A DNA stretch of 62,454 nucleotides, filler included, from Chiloscyllium plagiosum (lineage: Eukaryota), in NCBI RefSeq assembly GCF_004010195.1. It is 3 parts of one record of this genome, joined end to end, with 100 filler letters (N's around TTAATTAATTAA, not from the genome) between each part and the next. Parts side by side here need not be neighbours in the genome. Positions count along the whole stretch, not along the records: positions 30,562 to 44,684 come from NC_057710.1; positions 44,785 to 62,454 come from NC_057710.1; 1 more part is not named here. The stretch is one strand, 5' to 3'. A program made the position numbers and the translations under genes. The notes beneath the pieces were generated by a model, which had not been told where the DNA came from, did no database searches, and saw nothing but the letters and a program-made list of their open reading frames with translations. The number at the start of each line of letters is the position of its first letter. Position 1 is the stretch's first letter. This document shows, one piece after another, positions 35,783-48,651 of this stretch.

Positions 35783-37204
35783 TCTCTAGAACTTCTTGGC
35801 AGCATCTGCAATAGAGGAGATCACCAAGACCGCTTCAACAGTACTTTACAAACATACAGTCTTGACCATCCAGAAGACCAAGGGCAGAAGATGATGCCAT
35901 TGTGACACACACTATCCTGATATGGAGATATATTAGCATTCCTTTCTTGAATACTGGGTCGAAATCCTGGAATTCCCTGCCTAACACCACTGATGATGCA
36001 CCATTACCAGACAGACTGCAGCAGTGTGGTAATGCAAGAGGTAGCCCAAAACCCCACTTCTGAAGAGAAAATGTAAGTGTAAATGTCAGCAATACTCACG
36101 TCATACAAATAAATAAAAAATGGAATCAGAACTCTACTTCAGGGCACATCTCCATTACTTCAAGCTGATTCATCCCTCTGAATGATGTTGTGCCCTTTAA
36201 GACACCGTGTACTCATTGCCTGGAAGACCGTGTCTTCTCCAAATCATCAATATCATCAATATCATCAACTCCTTCTCCATCTTTAAAACCCCTTTTTGAA
36301 TCTGCTACCTTGACAATAGGGGACCAGTGTCCATTTTTGATTTGCCACTGTGAAGGACCTTGGAATGTTTTCCCATGCTAGAAGTGTTTTGTAAATGCAT
36401 GCTGCAAATGCATATTATTTCCACACAGTGTAATTTACATTCACTCAACCTCTCAGACAACATTCATCATTGCTGATTTCCACTGAATGATTCTTGCTCC
36501 ATATATTTAACACAATAAACTATAGCAAACAGACAGCCTCCTGCAGAGGATCTGGAATTACTGCATTAAATTAAATGAGACATAACTCTGGCATCTGACC
36601 TCACTTTTACTTTTCCTTTCCTACTTGAACAGTCAACTCTACCATTTGTTTCAGTGAATACACTGGTGATTTCTTTCATGCAAATATTCTCCAAAGCAAC
36701 TACCAAGTTGTCACTCCACCTTGGGTAAACGCATTGAATAAGTATTGTTTATTCTTCCATGAGATGTAGGCATCACTGGGAAGGTCAGCATGTTTTCCCA
36801 CCCCTCACTGCGATTGAACTGAGAGGCTTGTTGGCTTATTTCATTCTCCATAAGAGCAATTAGAAAGTTGAGGAGATTTGATCGAGGTGTTTAAGATTAC
36901 AATTTCTTTAGTTTAGTGTAAATAAGGGCAGCTTCTTTCCTCTAGCACAAAGATTAGTAATCAGAGACACAGGCTTAATGAGCCAATAATTTGCAGATGT
37001 ACAGAGATGACATCAGAAAATATTTCGCTGCACAGTGAATTGCTGTGAGCGAGAATGAATTTGCTGAAGCGGCAGTCGAAGCAGATTCAACAGAAAAATG
37101 GAAAAGTGAATTAAACAACTACTTGAAGAGGGGAGAAAAACCCAGGATTAATTAGCTGGCTCCACCACAAGACCCAGCAAAGGCATGATGAGTCAAATGG
37201 TGTC

Positions 37205-37435
37205 CTGAAGAGGTTTTGCCTGTGCCTGACCAATATGTAGCTCTCAACCAACATCACTAGAAAACGTTATTTGGTCATCCTCTCACTGTTGTTCACAGGA
37301 ATTTGTTCAATACCAACTGGATGCCAGGATTATTTCATTAAACATAATAGCTACATTTGAAAAGTACTTAATTGGTTGAAAGTGCTTTGAAGGACCTAAG
37401 GCCAATATAAACTAATGCGACATTTTTTCTTTCAT
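37205..37435 (+). mobile_element. Deu-domain SINE remnant
   Basis: CCTGACCAATAT..CTCAACCAACATCACTA..AAAAGTACTTAATTGGTTG.AAGTGCTTTG. Confidence 0.68.
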
Positions 37436-37665
37436 TGTTTCATTTTTTTAAATAAGCATCAATTACAAGGCAATACCACTGTTGGGAAGTTTGAGGCATT
37501 GTTCAGCATCACTCTCCATCTTCCCCTCCATCCACCCATGTAAATTATTGTATCGAATCACACTTTTATCAAATTGAGTATCACAAAGGCGTGGCAGCTC
37601 TTGTGGAGCTTCAAGCATGCCAATTCTTTTTGCTGATTGTTCTGAAAGACATTCACAACCACATA

Positions 37666-39340
37666 GGATGGACTTCACAAGGAAAACAATTTCATTTTCA
37701 GTCAAAGAGAACTGAAAACATAATTTTGATACAAAACTGCTGGAGTATTCTTTTTCCCTCCATAGTCCATTGTTTTATCCTTCACAAGAACTTAGTGTTG
37801 TGACAAAAGCGCGTGTGTCATGATAATCCCTGCTGGCCCATAGGGCAAGATATTTCATTTGACATCAGTAGTGGGAGAGAAAAGCAAGAATATACTATTG
37901 GGGAAGTGGCAATCAGGCACTTTGAAAATCACAGCATAACCAGACAGTGTCAATGCACACTTACAGCCAGCAATTTAAAGAGAGGGCGATGATCTGCTCG
38001 TGACGACACTAGATGAAAGTTTGGTGGTGAGCTGACAGATACACAGCAAGCTCACCCTAAAAATACAGTGAGCTGTAGGTGGACAGACTTTGTGCAGGGT
38101 AGACGATACTTAAAACTATTTGCTTATCTGTTTCTGTGCTGTGACCTCTCCCAAACAGGTTCCTGCAAGATCAGTTGTGATTTTTACTGTTTGTTAAGTT
38201 TTCCTAGACACACTCTGATGTCCAGCGATGCATGACTTCAAACAGCAAAGGCAGTAACTGCGCAGGTTCACTGCTGTGTCATTTAGCAGTGTCGGTTTCT
38301 TTCTCTCTCTCCCGCAGTGACCATTTGCTACCTTTGACAGTTCTTCTCCCTTTTAAAAGTGCCATTGTTTTGACTACTTTTTGCTAGCATTTGGTCCATA
38401 TCCCTGTAAACCCTTCCTATTCAAAAAACCATTCAGATGCATTTTAAATGCTGTAATTGTACCAACCTCCACCACTTTCCCTGGCAGCTCATTCTACATG
38501 TGTACCACACTCTGCAAGAAAACTTTGTCCCTTAGGTCTCTTTTAAAGCTTTCCCCTCCCATCTTTGACTTATGCCCTCTAGCTTTGGACTCCCCCACCC
38601 CTTGGAAAGGACCTTGTCTATTTACCCTATCCATGCTCCACATAAACCTCTATAAGGTCACCCCGCAGCCTCTGAAGCTCCAGGGAAAACAACCACAGCC
38701 CATTCAGCCTTCCCTATAGTTCAAACCCTCCAACTCTGGCAACATTCATGTAAATCTTCTCTAAACCCTTTCACAACATCCTTCCTATAACAGAGAGACC
38801 AGAATTGCATGCAGTACTCCAATAATGGCCTAACCAATGTCTTGCACAGCTGCAACATGACCTTCCAATTGCTATATACAATGGACTAATGAATAAAGGG
38901 CAAGCATACCAAACACCTTTCTCAATATCCTATCCACCTGCGACCCCACTTTCAAGGAACTATGAACCTGCACTATGGACCTTCTTTGTTCAGTAATATT
39001 CCCCAGGAACTTAACAGTACAAGTCCTGCCCTGATTTGCCTTTCCAAAATGCAGCACCTCACATTTACTTAAATTAAACTACATCTGCCACTTCTCAGCC
39101 CATTGACCCATCTATTGTAGCTTTTCTCTCCTACTACTGATGTCAAGTGAAATATCTTGGCCTTATGGACCAGCAGGAAGTATCATGACACACACGCCTT
39201 TGTCTCAACACTAAGTTCTTCTGAAGGATTAAAGAATAGACTATGGAGGGAAAAAGAATACCCCAGCAATTTTGTATCAAAATTGTGTTTTAAATTCTCT
39301 TTGACTGAAAATGAAATTGTTTTTCTTGTGAAGTGCATCC
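37666..39340. repeat. ~227-bp inverted repeat (arms 37666-37892 and 39113-39340)
   Basis: Arms align end to end as reverse complements with scattered substitutions. Confidence 0.9.
38100..39112 (-). mobile_element. CR1 3' region joined to a CR1 5' UTR fragment
   Basis: 38100-38380 matches 17050-17310; 38380-39112 matches the CR1 RT C-terminus and 3' end. Confidence 0.8.
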
Positions 39341-41874
39341 ACAGTACTCTTGAGGTAACTTTCTTCGCTATCCAACTAAGGAATACTCAGCTAACTGGGA
39401 ATCAGTAAAACTGAGGTAATGAATTTCTTGCAAGTGAAATTGGAGTCTTGAGTTTAAAGTTGCAGGAGTTTAGCGGCTAGTATGTAAAAGTTGAGGAACA
39501 TATTGTAATGAGCACTGTGGCAACTGCATAATTTAGTATTGAACTGTTCTATTTTGTGATGATTTGCTATCATATCTCAAGGCATCTCAAATATTGTGAA
39601 CATATGATGTGCCGTGACCAGGCTAAAACTAAATAATTAACCAATTAGCTGTAATTTCACCACTCAAATGGAGAGAATGGTCCTAAACAGACTGAAGTAG
39701 AAACATCTCTCTTGTCATTCATGTTTAGGATGATAGACTTTTGATCATAGAAGTGTGTATTAGTTTTTCTTTAAAAGGATTGCCAAATTATGCTTCTCGT
39801 CCTGGCCAATTTATATACTGTGGTTTGAAGAAAATTAATGCTTCATTTTGTGTTATTGGTTAAAGACAACAAGACCATAAAATGTGGGAGAAATAGCCAT
39901 TTTGCCCATCAAGTCTACCCCGTGAAGTCATAGCTGATCTGAGAATCATCAACTGCACTTTTCTGTCTCATTTTCAGAATCCTTGATTCCCTCAATGATG
40001 AATAATTTGTCTATTTCAGCCTTGAATATGCTCAATGTATGACAGCCCTCTGCGGTAAAGAATTTCCACAGATTCACCACCATCTGACAGAGAAACAAAA
40101 TACTCCTCATCTCTGTCCTAAATATCTAACTCCTTACTCTGAGATTATGTTGAGGTTATGGGAGAAAGGAAGCAAGCCATCAGAGGCTGAGACTGAACTA
40201 TATTTCCTCATGAATAAATTATTGACTTAATGGACAGAGAAACATATATCTATGGAGTGGGATTTTTCGAGTATTTTTAAAGTTAAATGGGCTGTGTTAT
40301 TTTTTGTTCATTTGTAAACATCTCAAAACTTAATCTTGTGCAATCCATTCAGTCACTGGAAATGCAAATGTCTTTTTACAAGTTATCAGTATCCACAGGG
40401 ACTGTAAGAAAACTGTCAGGCCATCTGTGTTATTACTAAACATTAGCTCCACTTATGCTTAGTTGCTGGAATTTTAAAGCTGGGACTGAGAAAATACTCT
40501 CAAATAGGCTGAAGGACAAAATCTTTCTCAGCACAAATATTTTCCCATTCAAGTGCAGAAAACTTATTTATACACATCCCATATATGTTCTGCATCGTTT
40601 TGTTGTGAAGCTACTCACTTTTAATTTTGCCACAGTAACTTTCTCACTGCATCTCAAAGCCAAACGGCTGCAGCCAATGTGAATAATTTGGAATACTGAA
40701 AAGAGTAAGTTATTGGCAGAAAGCCAGGCTTAAGTTAATCTACTTATCAGAAAAGTATTTATATATGTGTTTCAATATCATTCCTCTCTTGCTGAATAAA
40801 CTTATTCTATTGTTCCCTGTTCCCTCCATATCCTAAACTATTGGCCAATAAGTTTATAACAACATAGCCTTCCATCTTTAACTTAGAAACTCACATCTAC
40901 ATAATAAGGGAATACTCCTCTTGTATGGACTTGGAATTCAGATTTTGGAAATCTGTGATCAATGCAAAGTTAATTGGAAGAAAACAACTTAATTGCAGTT
41001 CCACCCATCTGCCAGCCCATTGGAATATGTATCACACATCAGTCTCAGTGACAAGATAGCGACAGACATTGATTAAAAATGCCACCCATATTTGCCGGTA
41101 TAAAAATGTAAAACAGGAAGAGCTCTAAATTTTGTTCCTCTCATATAAATTGATGAAATACATACAGATCTACTTTTGACATTAATTGTTGAACATTTGA
41201 AAGATTATTGTCTTTTCTATCTTTCCTGCATCCGTGCATATGATTTGGTTACCGGCTTTACAGGACTACTGGTACGAACTGCTCTAAAACATAACAGTAT
41301 GATGAGCTTTTTGGCTCAAAGACTTCTCCTCAGAATCAAACTGTCATCACCATGAAATACTAGAACAAAGTTTCTGTCCTGGGGTTGGAACTCGAAAGTG
41401 CAGATCATTTCTGGGTTCTGATCCTGTTCGATATCGATGTGACACATAAGGGTCATTTTTGATTGAAAGGCCGATTCATGGCTCGAGAACTCCAGACACT
41501 GGAGGGTCAGTGGAAGGGTGTGCAGCAATGAAGGAGCTACAGTCCAACAATGTGCATTAGGGAGGGGGAAAGAGTACCTCAAATGATTAAAATTCTAAAC
41601 CATCATTTCAGCAAACAGTGACCAGTTGTAGATTACATACCACACTACATGTGGTATGTGCTTGGATAGTGAATTAAACAATTGATTCCACTCTGAACTC
41701 CTCCTAACCCTGGTCTGCCATCATGAGCTGATCTTTCTCTGGTTGTGGTTTGGCTAAAACAGGGAGAACCCCCTGACAGACTGAAAATACCCCTTCATTG
41801 GATCTCACTGATTTTGGGTTAGGTAGCTGTCTCACCTCAGACTCACCTTCCAGGAAAATGGTCTGTTGGCAAAG

Positions 41875-42102
41875 GTAATGTTGCCATAGTCTTAGCAAGA
41901 CTATCAAGATCCTCTGTCTTTCGAGAGACAGAGAGAGAGAACTGAGGGTAGTTTAACCTAAGGGTCACTGCATCTCAGGCAAAGAGAGAAATTGCACAGG
42001 ATACTCTTGCATAGTAACCTCAGCCAGCGTTAGGAATTGAATCTCTGCTGTTGGCATCACTCTGCATTGTAAATCATCCACTCAGCCAACTGTGCTAATC
42101 CA
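41875..42102 (-). mobile_element. tRNA-derived SINE (family C); related plus-strand copy at ~58436-58640
   Basis: Minus strand TTAGCACAGTTGGCTG..GATTCAATTCC..GACCCTTAGGTTAAAC..GACTATGGCAAC. Confidence 0.6.
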
Positions 42103-42769
42103 ATCTCTATAGTAATGGCTTCAAGAATCCAGGGCATTGTAGATGCTTAAGGGGAGATGTATTACTTTAACAACAATGAGCAGAGCGATTAGGTAGTTTT
42201 ATGTTATTCCTCAAGAGCAGATTATTTCACTCGGGGTTTTCAGATGCAGTGCTTTATATTAATATTGGTTACGTCACTTATCAGCTACTTTTTCTCAGTA
42301 GTGGAAGTAACCGAAGAACATCTCAGCAGCATGAACCTTTTTTTAATCTGAGGAACTTGGGCCACATTTCCAACCTTTTTATCAATTTGTTCTTGAGACT
42401 TGGGCATCATTTTGTAAGACCAGCATTGCTGCCCATTCTCGTTGCCCTTGGCTTAGCAATGGTGAGCAATCTTCCAAAATGATTGATTCAAAATTAATAG
42501 GCAACAGGCAGAAAAGTGAAGCTGATGCCAAAAGCAGAAATCTCATGACCGTTTTGAATGGTGGATAAAGTTTGAAGGTTACATTTGCTATTATTTCTTA
42601 CGTTCTTGTCTTTAAGTCTCTATGATATGGGTGAATCTTTAGTGCTTTTAGAGAGGGAGATCCAAGATTTTGGATCAGCATTAGTGAAGGGATGACAGCA
42701 CATTTCCAAGCCAACATTGTTCACAACTTGCAGGTGAAAATGCATCATGGTGAAACAATCCAAGAGGCA

Positions 42770-44360
42770 AAAGGATAAGAGGAAATAAATGTAACTATCA
42801 CTGGAGAAAAGTGCTAGGGAAACTAATGGAGCTAAAGACCTAATGTCCCCAGATCTGATGGGATGCATCCTAAGATATTAAAGGAAGTAGCGACAGAGAT
42901 AGTAAAATCATTGATATTAATCTTCCAGAAATTCTTAGACTCTAGAACAGTCCTGGAGGTTTGGAAAACTGTCAATTTAACATCCATATTTTCTAAGGGA
43001 AGGAGCCAAAGAAACAGTTAACGATAGGCTGGTAGCTAACGTCTGTTATTGGAAAAATGTTACAGTCGTTTATAAAGGATATGATAGCAGAGCGTTTAGA
43101 AATATATAATATAATCGAACAGAGTCAATATGACTTCATGAAGGGGAAATCATGCCTGACAAATTTACTCGAATTGCATGACGAGGTAGCAAGTAGAATA
43201 GATGAAGGATAAGCAAATAATGTAATAAATTTGGATTTTCAGAAGACATTTGCTAAGGTTTCACACATTAGGCTACTTTATAAGATAACTTATTCTCTGT
43301 TTTGAAGAAAGGTCACTGGACCCAAAATGTTAACTACTTTCTCTCCACAATTGCAATCAGAGCTACTGAGGTTATCCAGCAATTTCTGTTTTATGATAAG
43401 ATAAGGTCTTGGACATAATATATGAGAATGGGTAGAGGGTTAGCTAATTAATAGAAGACAGAGAGTTGGGAAATGTGCATTTTTTATGATGGCAATCTGT
43501 AACTAGTGGAATACCAAAGGGATTAGTGCTGGATCCACAATTATTTCAATATATATTGACTTAAATGAGAAAAGTGAATGCATAATATGTAAGTTTGCAG
43601 ATGACACAAAAATAGGTGGCAAGGCAAAGAGTCTGCAAACACATAGAGACAGATTTAGTGAGTGTGCAAGTAACTTGGCACATGAAATATAAGGTGGGAA
43701 AATGTGCAGGAAATGTGCAGGAAAAATAGAGGAGTTGAATATTATCTAAATGGAAAATGACTGCAGAAAGCTACACCACAGAGGGATTTGGAAGTCCTCA
43801 TCCATGAGGATGTAGACCAAAACCTAACATCCAAGTTTAGCGAATAATAGGGAGGGCATATGGAATGTTGGCCTTTCTTTCAAAAAGAATGGAGTATGGC
43901 ATGGACAGGATAAATAGACAAGGTCTTTTCCCTGGGGTGGGAGAGTCCAGAACTAGGTGGCATAGGTTTAGGGTGAGAGAAGAAAGATAATAAAAGGGAC
44001 CTAAGCAGCAACTTTTTAATGCATGTATGGAATGAGCTTCCAGAGGGAGTGGTGAAGGCTGGTACAACTACAGCATTAAAAAGGCATCTGGATGGATATA
44101 TGAATAGGAAGCGTTTAGATATGGGACAAGTGCTGGCAAATGGCACTAGATTAGGTTCGGATGTCTGGTCGGCATGGTTGAGGTGGACTGAAGGGTCTGT
44201 ACATCTCTCTGACTCTATAAGAGTAGGGAGACTTTGCTAGATCTATACAAGGAACCAATTAGACCAGAGCTGGATTACTGTGAACAGTTTTGAGCCCTTA
44301 TCTAAGGAAGATTATACTAGCAGACAGTCTAGAGAAGGTTTACTAGGCTGGCATATGGTA
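42770..44360 (+). mobile_element. Decayed CR1 RT with a nested PLE remnant (43289-43395) and a nested CR1 3' end (43877-44218)
   Basis: SPDLMG.HPKILKEVA, LDFQK.F.KV.H, SGIPKG.VL, KFADDTKIGG. Confidence 0.85.
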
Positions 44361-44374
44361 TAGTGACAAGGTCA

Positions 44375-44684
44375 CTTTGAGTGCGAGCAGCAGCTAAGGT
44401 AAGACTGTTTGTTTTAAAATTACTTACCGGTAGCGGGCAGCGGTGTTTTTTTTTCTCTCTCTTTTACAGAAAGAGCGGGAGCAGCAGGGGGAAGTGACGA
44501 AGACCGGAGGGGCAGCCGGGTAGGTTTTTTCCTATAAAAGCGAGCAGGAGAAGAACCCGAGGCACTACGGAGGTAGTGCCTCCCACCCGCCCTCCTCCTC
44601 TAACCTAAATAATAAGACCCGTTGTGGTAAGTAGGTAAGTGCTGCATTTTGCTTGTTGTATTCTTTAGACCCAGTTTTTTTTTA
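44375..44684 (+). promoter_or_regulatory. CpG-rich promoter-like module, probably the 5' UTR of a young retroelement; cut by the linker
   Basis: GGAAGTGACG at 44490-44499, TATAAAAG at 44533-44540, perfect 10-bp hairpin at 44559-44582, GTAAGT donors at 44627 and 44635. Confidence 0.55.
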
Positions 44685-44784
44685 NNNNNNNNNNNNNNNN
44701 NNNNNNNNNNNNNNNNNNNNNNNNNNNNTTAATTAATTAANNNNNNNNNNNNNNNNNNNNNNNNNNNNNNNNNNNNNNNNNNNN
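44685..44784. other. Artificial contig linker
   Basis: N44 + TTAATTAATTAA + N44. Confidence 0.95.
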
Positions 44785-45575
44785 TTATCAAAAATGCCAC
44801 TCCCCCTCCTCTCTTGCCTCCCTTTCTATCCTTCCTGTGGCATTTGTATCCTGGAACATTAAGCTGCCAGTCCTGCCCAACCCTGAGCCATGTTTCTGTA
44901 TTTGCTATGATATCCCAGTCCCGTGTTCCTAACCATGTCCTGAGTCCATCTGCCTTCCCTGTTAGGCCCCTTGCATTGAAATAAATGCAGTTTAATTTAT
45001 TAGTCCTACCTTGTCCCTGCCTGCCCTGACTGTTTGACTCGTTTCTGTTCTCAACTGTACCAGTCTCAGATTGATCTCTTTCCTCACTATCTCCCTGGGT
45101 CCCACCCCCCCATCTTACTAGTTTAAATCCTCCTGAGCAAATTTCCCTGCCAGTATATTAGTCCCCTTCCAATTTAGGTGCAATCCATCCTTTTTGTATA
45201 GGTCACTTCTACCCCAAAAGAGATTCCAATGATCCAAAAATGTGAATCCTTCTCCCATACACCAGCTCCTCAGCCATGCATTCATCTGTTCTATCCTTCT
45301 ATTCTTGCCCTCACTAGCTCGTATTACCAGGAGTAATCCAGATATTATTACTCTCGAGGGCCTCCTTTTTAAATTCCTGCCTAACTCTCTGTAATCTCCC
45401 TTCAGAATCTCAACCTTTTCCCTTCCTATGTCGTTGGTTCCAATGTGGACAATGACCTCTTGCTGGCCCCTCTCCCCTGTGAGAACATGCTGCACCCTCT
45501 CTGAGACATCCTTGATCCTGGCACCAGGGAAGCAACACACCATTCTGATTTTACGCTGCTGGCCACAGAAATGTC
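44785..45575 (-). mobile_element. CR1 ORF1 esterase and start of the ORF2 endonuclease (same family as 12140-17460)
   Basis: CCFPGARIKDV..HIGTND..FLDHW..DGLHLN..G. Confidence 0.92.
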
Positions 45576-45739
45576 TTGATGACTTGAAGGTATAAAACAA
45601 ACGCCCTGAATGAATTTTTTTTCCAGTTGCTCAAATCATTGTGAAAATAACCTTCTGGTCTTTCACCATCCTGGAGATTAAAATTGATCAGAACTGAACT
45701 AGACTAACTGTGCAGTTACACGGTGAGTAAAATATTGCA

Positions 45740-46230
45740 CGACTCCCCAAAACTGGTCTCTCATCTACATGGCATCAGTCAGGAGTGTGATTGAATACTC
45801 TCCATTTTCTGATTGAGTTCCACCAACAGGCAAGAAGCTCAACTCTACCCAGGACAAAAGAAGCCTTCTTCATGACATCCCATTATCCACAATAAATCTT
45901 CACTCCACCCAACACCAAAGTGCGTGTCATCTATAAGATCCATCATAGCAACATCTGAAGCCTCATTCAATACTGCCATCCAAACCCGGAACCTCTTCCA
46001 TCTGGAACAAGGCTGGCTTGGAATTACTTAGCTATTCTTTTCCTTCCATTGGGTCAAGAACTCAAACTTTCCTACTTGACAGAATTGTGAGTTTCCTGAC
46101 ACCACATGAACTGCTACACTTCAGGAAAGCAGCTTACCATCATGTTCTCAATAGCAATTAGGAATAAATATTAGATGCTGGTCTTGCCAGCACACTCAAC
46201 ATCCCTTGAGCAAATAACAAACAAACCTTG
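45740..46230 (+). mobile_element. Old CR1 second-lineage 3' fragment
   Basis: CATCTACA.GGCA..AGTCAGGAGTGTGATTGAATACTC; GCAATTAGG..GCTGGTCTTGCCAGC tail. Confidence 0.65.
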
Positions 46231-46385
46231 AATTTAATGATTAATAATGATGAAACTAAAAATTATTTGCTCTGTAAGCTTTAAATAAAGTGGAAAAGCA
46301 ATTTGTTTGTTACGAAATGAGTCCAGAGGAACTTAATGAAATTCTATAGTTCTCTGGTTCCTTATATCAATAGTTAGGTGGCAAT

Positions 46386-46670
46386 TGTAAATCAATGCAA
46401 TTAGAAATTGTAGCACGCATGAGAATAGTTGAAATGATGATCATATTTATTGTATTAAAAATTTCTAGTACTTGTGCCAAACTGAAGGGTTTTGTTCACC
46501 CTTATTTATGGAGTATGTTTCTGTAAATCAGTGCAATAACAAATTGTAACACATATGAGAATAATTGAAATGATGATCTTATGTATTGTATTACAAATTG
46601 CTAGTACTTGAGCCAAACCAAAAGTTTTTTTTTTCCTCTCACCTTTATTTATGGAGTATGTTTCTGCAAA
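46386..46670. repeat. Diverged tandem duplication, period ~136 bp
   Basis: Units 46386-46521 and 46522-46664. Confidence 0.88.
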
Positions 46671-47513
46671 GCCAAGAAAGTAACTGTGAGATTTCAGCTT
46701 TGCTATTTATTGGGGCACTGCTTTGGATCAACTTAGGCAATGCAAAATGTGCAATTTTAAAGTTTGTTCTTAACAGGACACTAAGATTTTTGGTTACTAT
46801 CAAAATTGGGCTTTTTCATGTCACAACAACAATATTCGCTCTGAATTTCACAAGCTCCCCTGATCTACTGCTGAACCTTCCTTGTTGAAAATAGCTGCTT
46901 GTGCTGTTGCTCTCCAAACACAGATATGTTGGTTCAAAATGCAGTTGAGCTTTCATGGTGGCTGTTTAAATCTTAGGAGCTTGAAAAGGCTACTTAGAGA
47001 TCCACTACAAGCTTTAAGGCATAAACAAGAAATTGATTTACTTTCAACACAATCAACACCGTGTCTGTGATATTTAGGATTGCCAGACTTCCGAACTGGC
47101 CATCCTGAAAGGCATCATTGGAGGTTGTGACCAAAAACACCAAGCTTTTGTTTGTAAGAAAAGTACACCTCCCAGTTCGATATTGAAGTCACAGGCTACT
47201 GCTAGACATCATTCACTCCCACTACCCACATGGCATCGCAACCACTTTATCCTAGTTAGCCAATTGCATTGGATCTCATCAGTGAACTCACACTGGGAGT
47301 ACCACTCATTACTTCAGACATAACTTAATGAAGCTAGTCATGTAGTTTTTAGTAGTCCTGGCTCATGTGGAAGGTATTTGATATTTATTTGGATAACCAT
47401 TGCTGATCCCTATGGTACTTGCCATCTCTGCCAGACTGTGACACTGGGTGAGGGATGATTGAGGTAGCCTGCTGCCACCAACTCTCCTCTGTCTTTGCTT
47501 TAATCTGGACCTA

Positions 47514-47623
47514 GGCAAAAGTGAGGACTGCAGATGCTGAAAATCAGAGTCTAGGTTAGAGTGGTGCTCGTAAAGCACAGCCAGTCAGACAGCATCCGAG
47601 GAGCAGGAAAATCAATGTTTTGG
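47514..47623 (-). mobile_element. PLE-derived short element
   Basis: TSD GCTTTA(A/T)TCTGGACCTA at 47497-47513 / 47624-47640; truncated in hammerhead stem II. Confidence 0.85.
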
Positions 47624-48550
47624 GCTTTATTCTGGACCTACCTGGCGAATCATGATAGAGGATAAAGTAGAGTAGAGTATCTACAAAAGACAACTAGAAT
47701 GTTTATTGCATGATAGTAAATAAGAATAATTACACTTGGTTAGGTATAATACTAGGACTTCAGGGAGCTGGGGCAGATACGTCCGCTTCCTCTGAAAGGT
47801 ACAACAGTACTCAATGGGCTAAATCATCTATTTTTATGAATAATTCTAAGTTACATCGAATTTTCTGGAGGAATTTCTGCTGCAAGACCTAATGAATTTT
47901 CTCACCACAGCGTATCAAACTCATCCTTGTTTTACACCTGATTCTGGCTCCACCTTACCAACGTGACGTTCTTAGAATTACTTGCTAGTCAGAGGCTCTC
48001 CCTGAATTCAGCTGTATCCCTTGTGCCTGTGCCTTCTTTAGATGATTGTTGTATGATCAGACAACCACGTGTATTCCAAAGTTGCCTTGTACCATTCCCA
48101 ACATTTACCCTAGACATGACGGAAATGGGAGTCCCATTGTGTGGATAGTTTCCTGGTGTTCTTGTAGGAGTGGTTCAGAGATAGGACTTCCTCTTCACCC
48201 AGGAATGGTAGTGGAGGTCACGAGGGCAGAACATATCAGACTGGATTGTGGTTCCCATTCAGGTTAATCCAGTCTCAGCCGTCTGGAGAAATGCCACGCA
48301 AAGTCAATATCCTTCCCCATTCCACTAGCATAAGTGTTACCATCTCATATTTAATTCATCTGTTAGCCTATCCCCACTTTCCACCAAATCCCATGCTCTA
48401 TGACTTTCACAACTGCCTGCAACATTTTCCGTCTCTCACTGTCACCCACCCCAAACCGATACCATTAACCCTGCAGACCATCTATTACCTACTCACTTAC
48501 TTGGGACATCGTGCCTGCACCAGAAATGACAGTGGTGTTACCCCCTCTTG

Positions 48551-48651
48551 TCTTCCAGCTCCTTGGATACTGCCTGACCTGCTGTGCTTTTCCAGCACCA
48601 CTCTAATCTAAACTCTGGTTTCCAGCATCTGCAGTCCTCACTTCTGCCTCG
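48551..48651 (+). mobile_element. PLE-derived short element (terminal part only)
   Basis: CTGCCTGACCTGCTGTGCTTTTCCAGCACCACTCTAATCTAAACTCTGGTTTCCAGCATCTGCAGTCCTCAC. Confidence 0.82.

Noticed and set aside
36424..40369. CACAGTG heptamers and ATGCAAAT octamers suggesting an Ig or TCR locus
   Set aside because: No correctly spaced nonamers and no V, J or C coding sequence; expected by chance
44506..44604. Possible HDV-like or twister ribozyme
   Set aside because: No P2 segment between P1 and P3 as HDV requires; twister UAA and CCAAGCCC elements are absent
46434..46485. C/D-box snoRNA (ATGATGA...CTGA)
   Set aside because: Only 52 nt, no terminal stem, and the D box is absent from the duplicate unit
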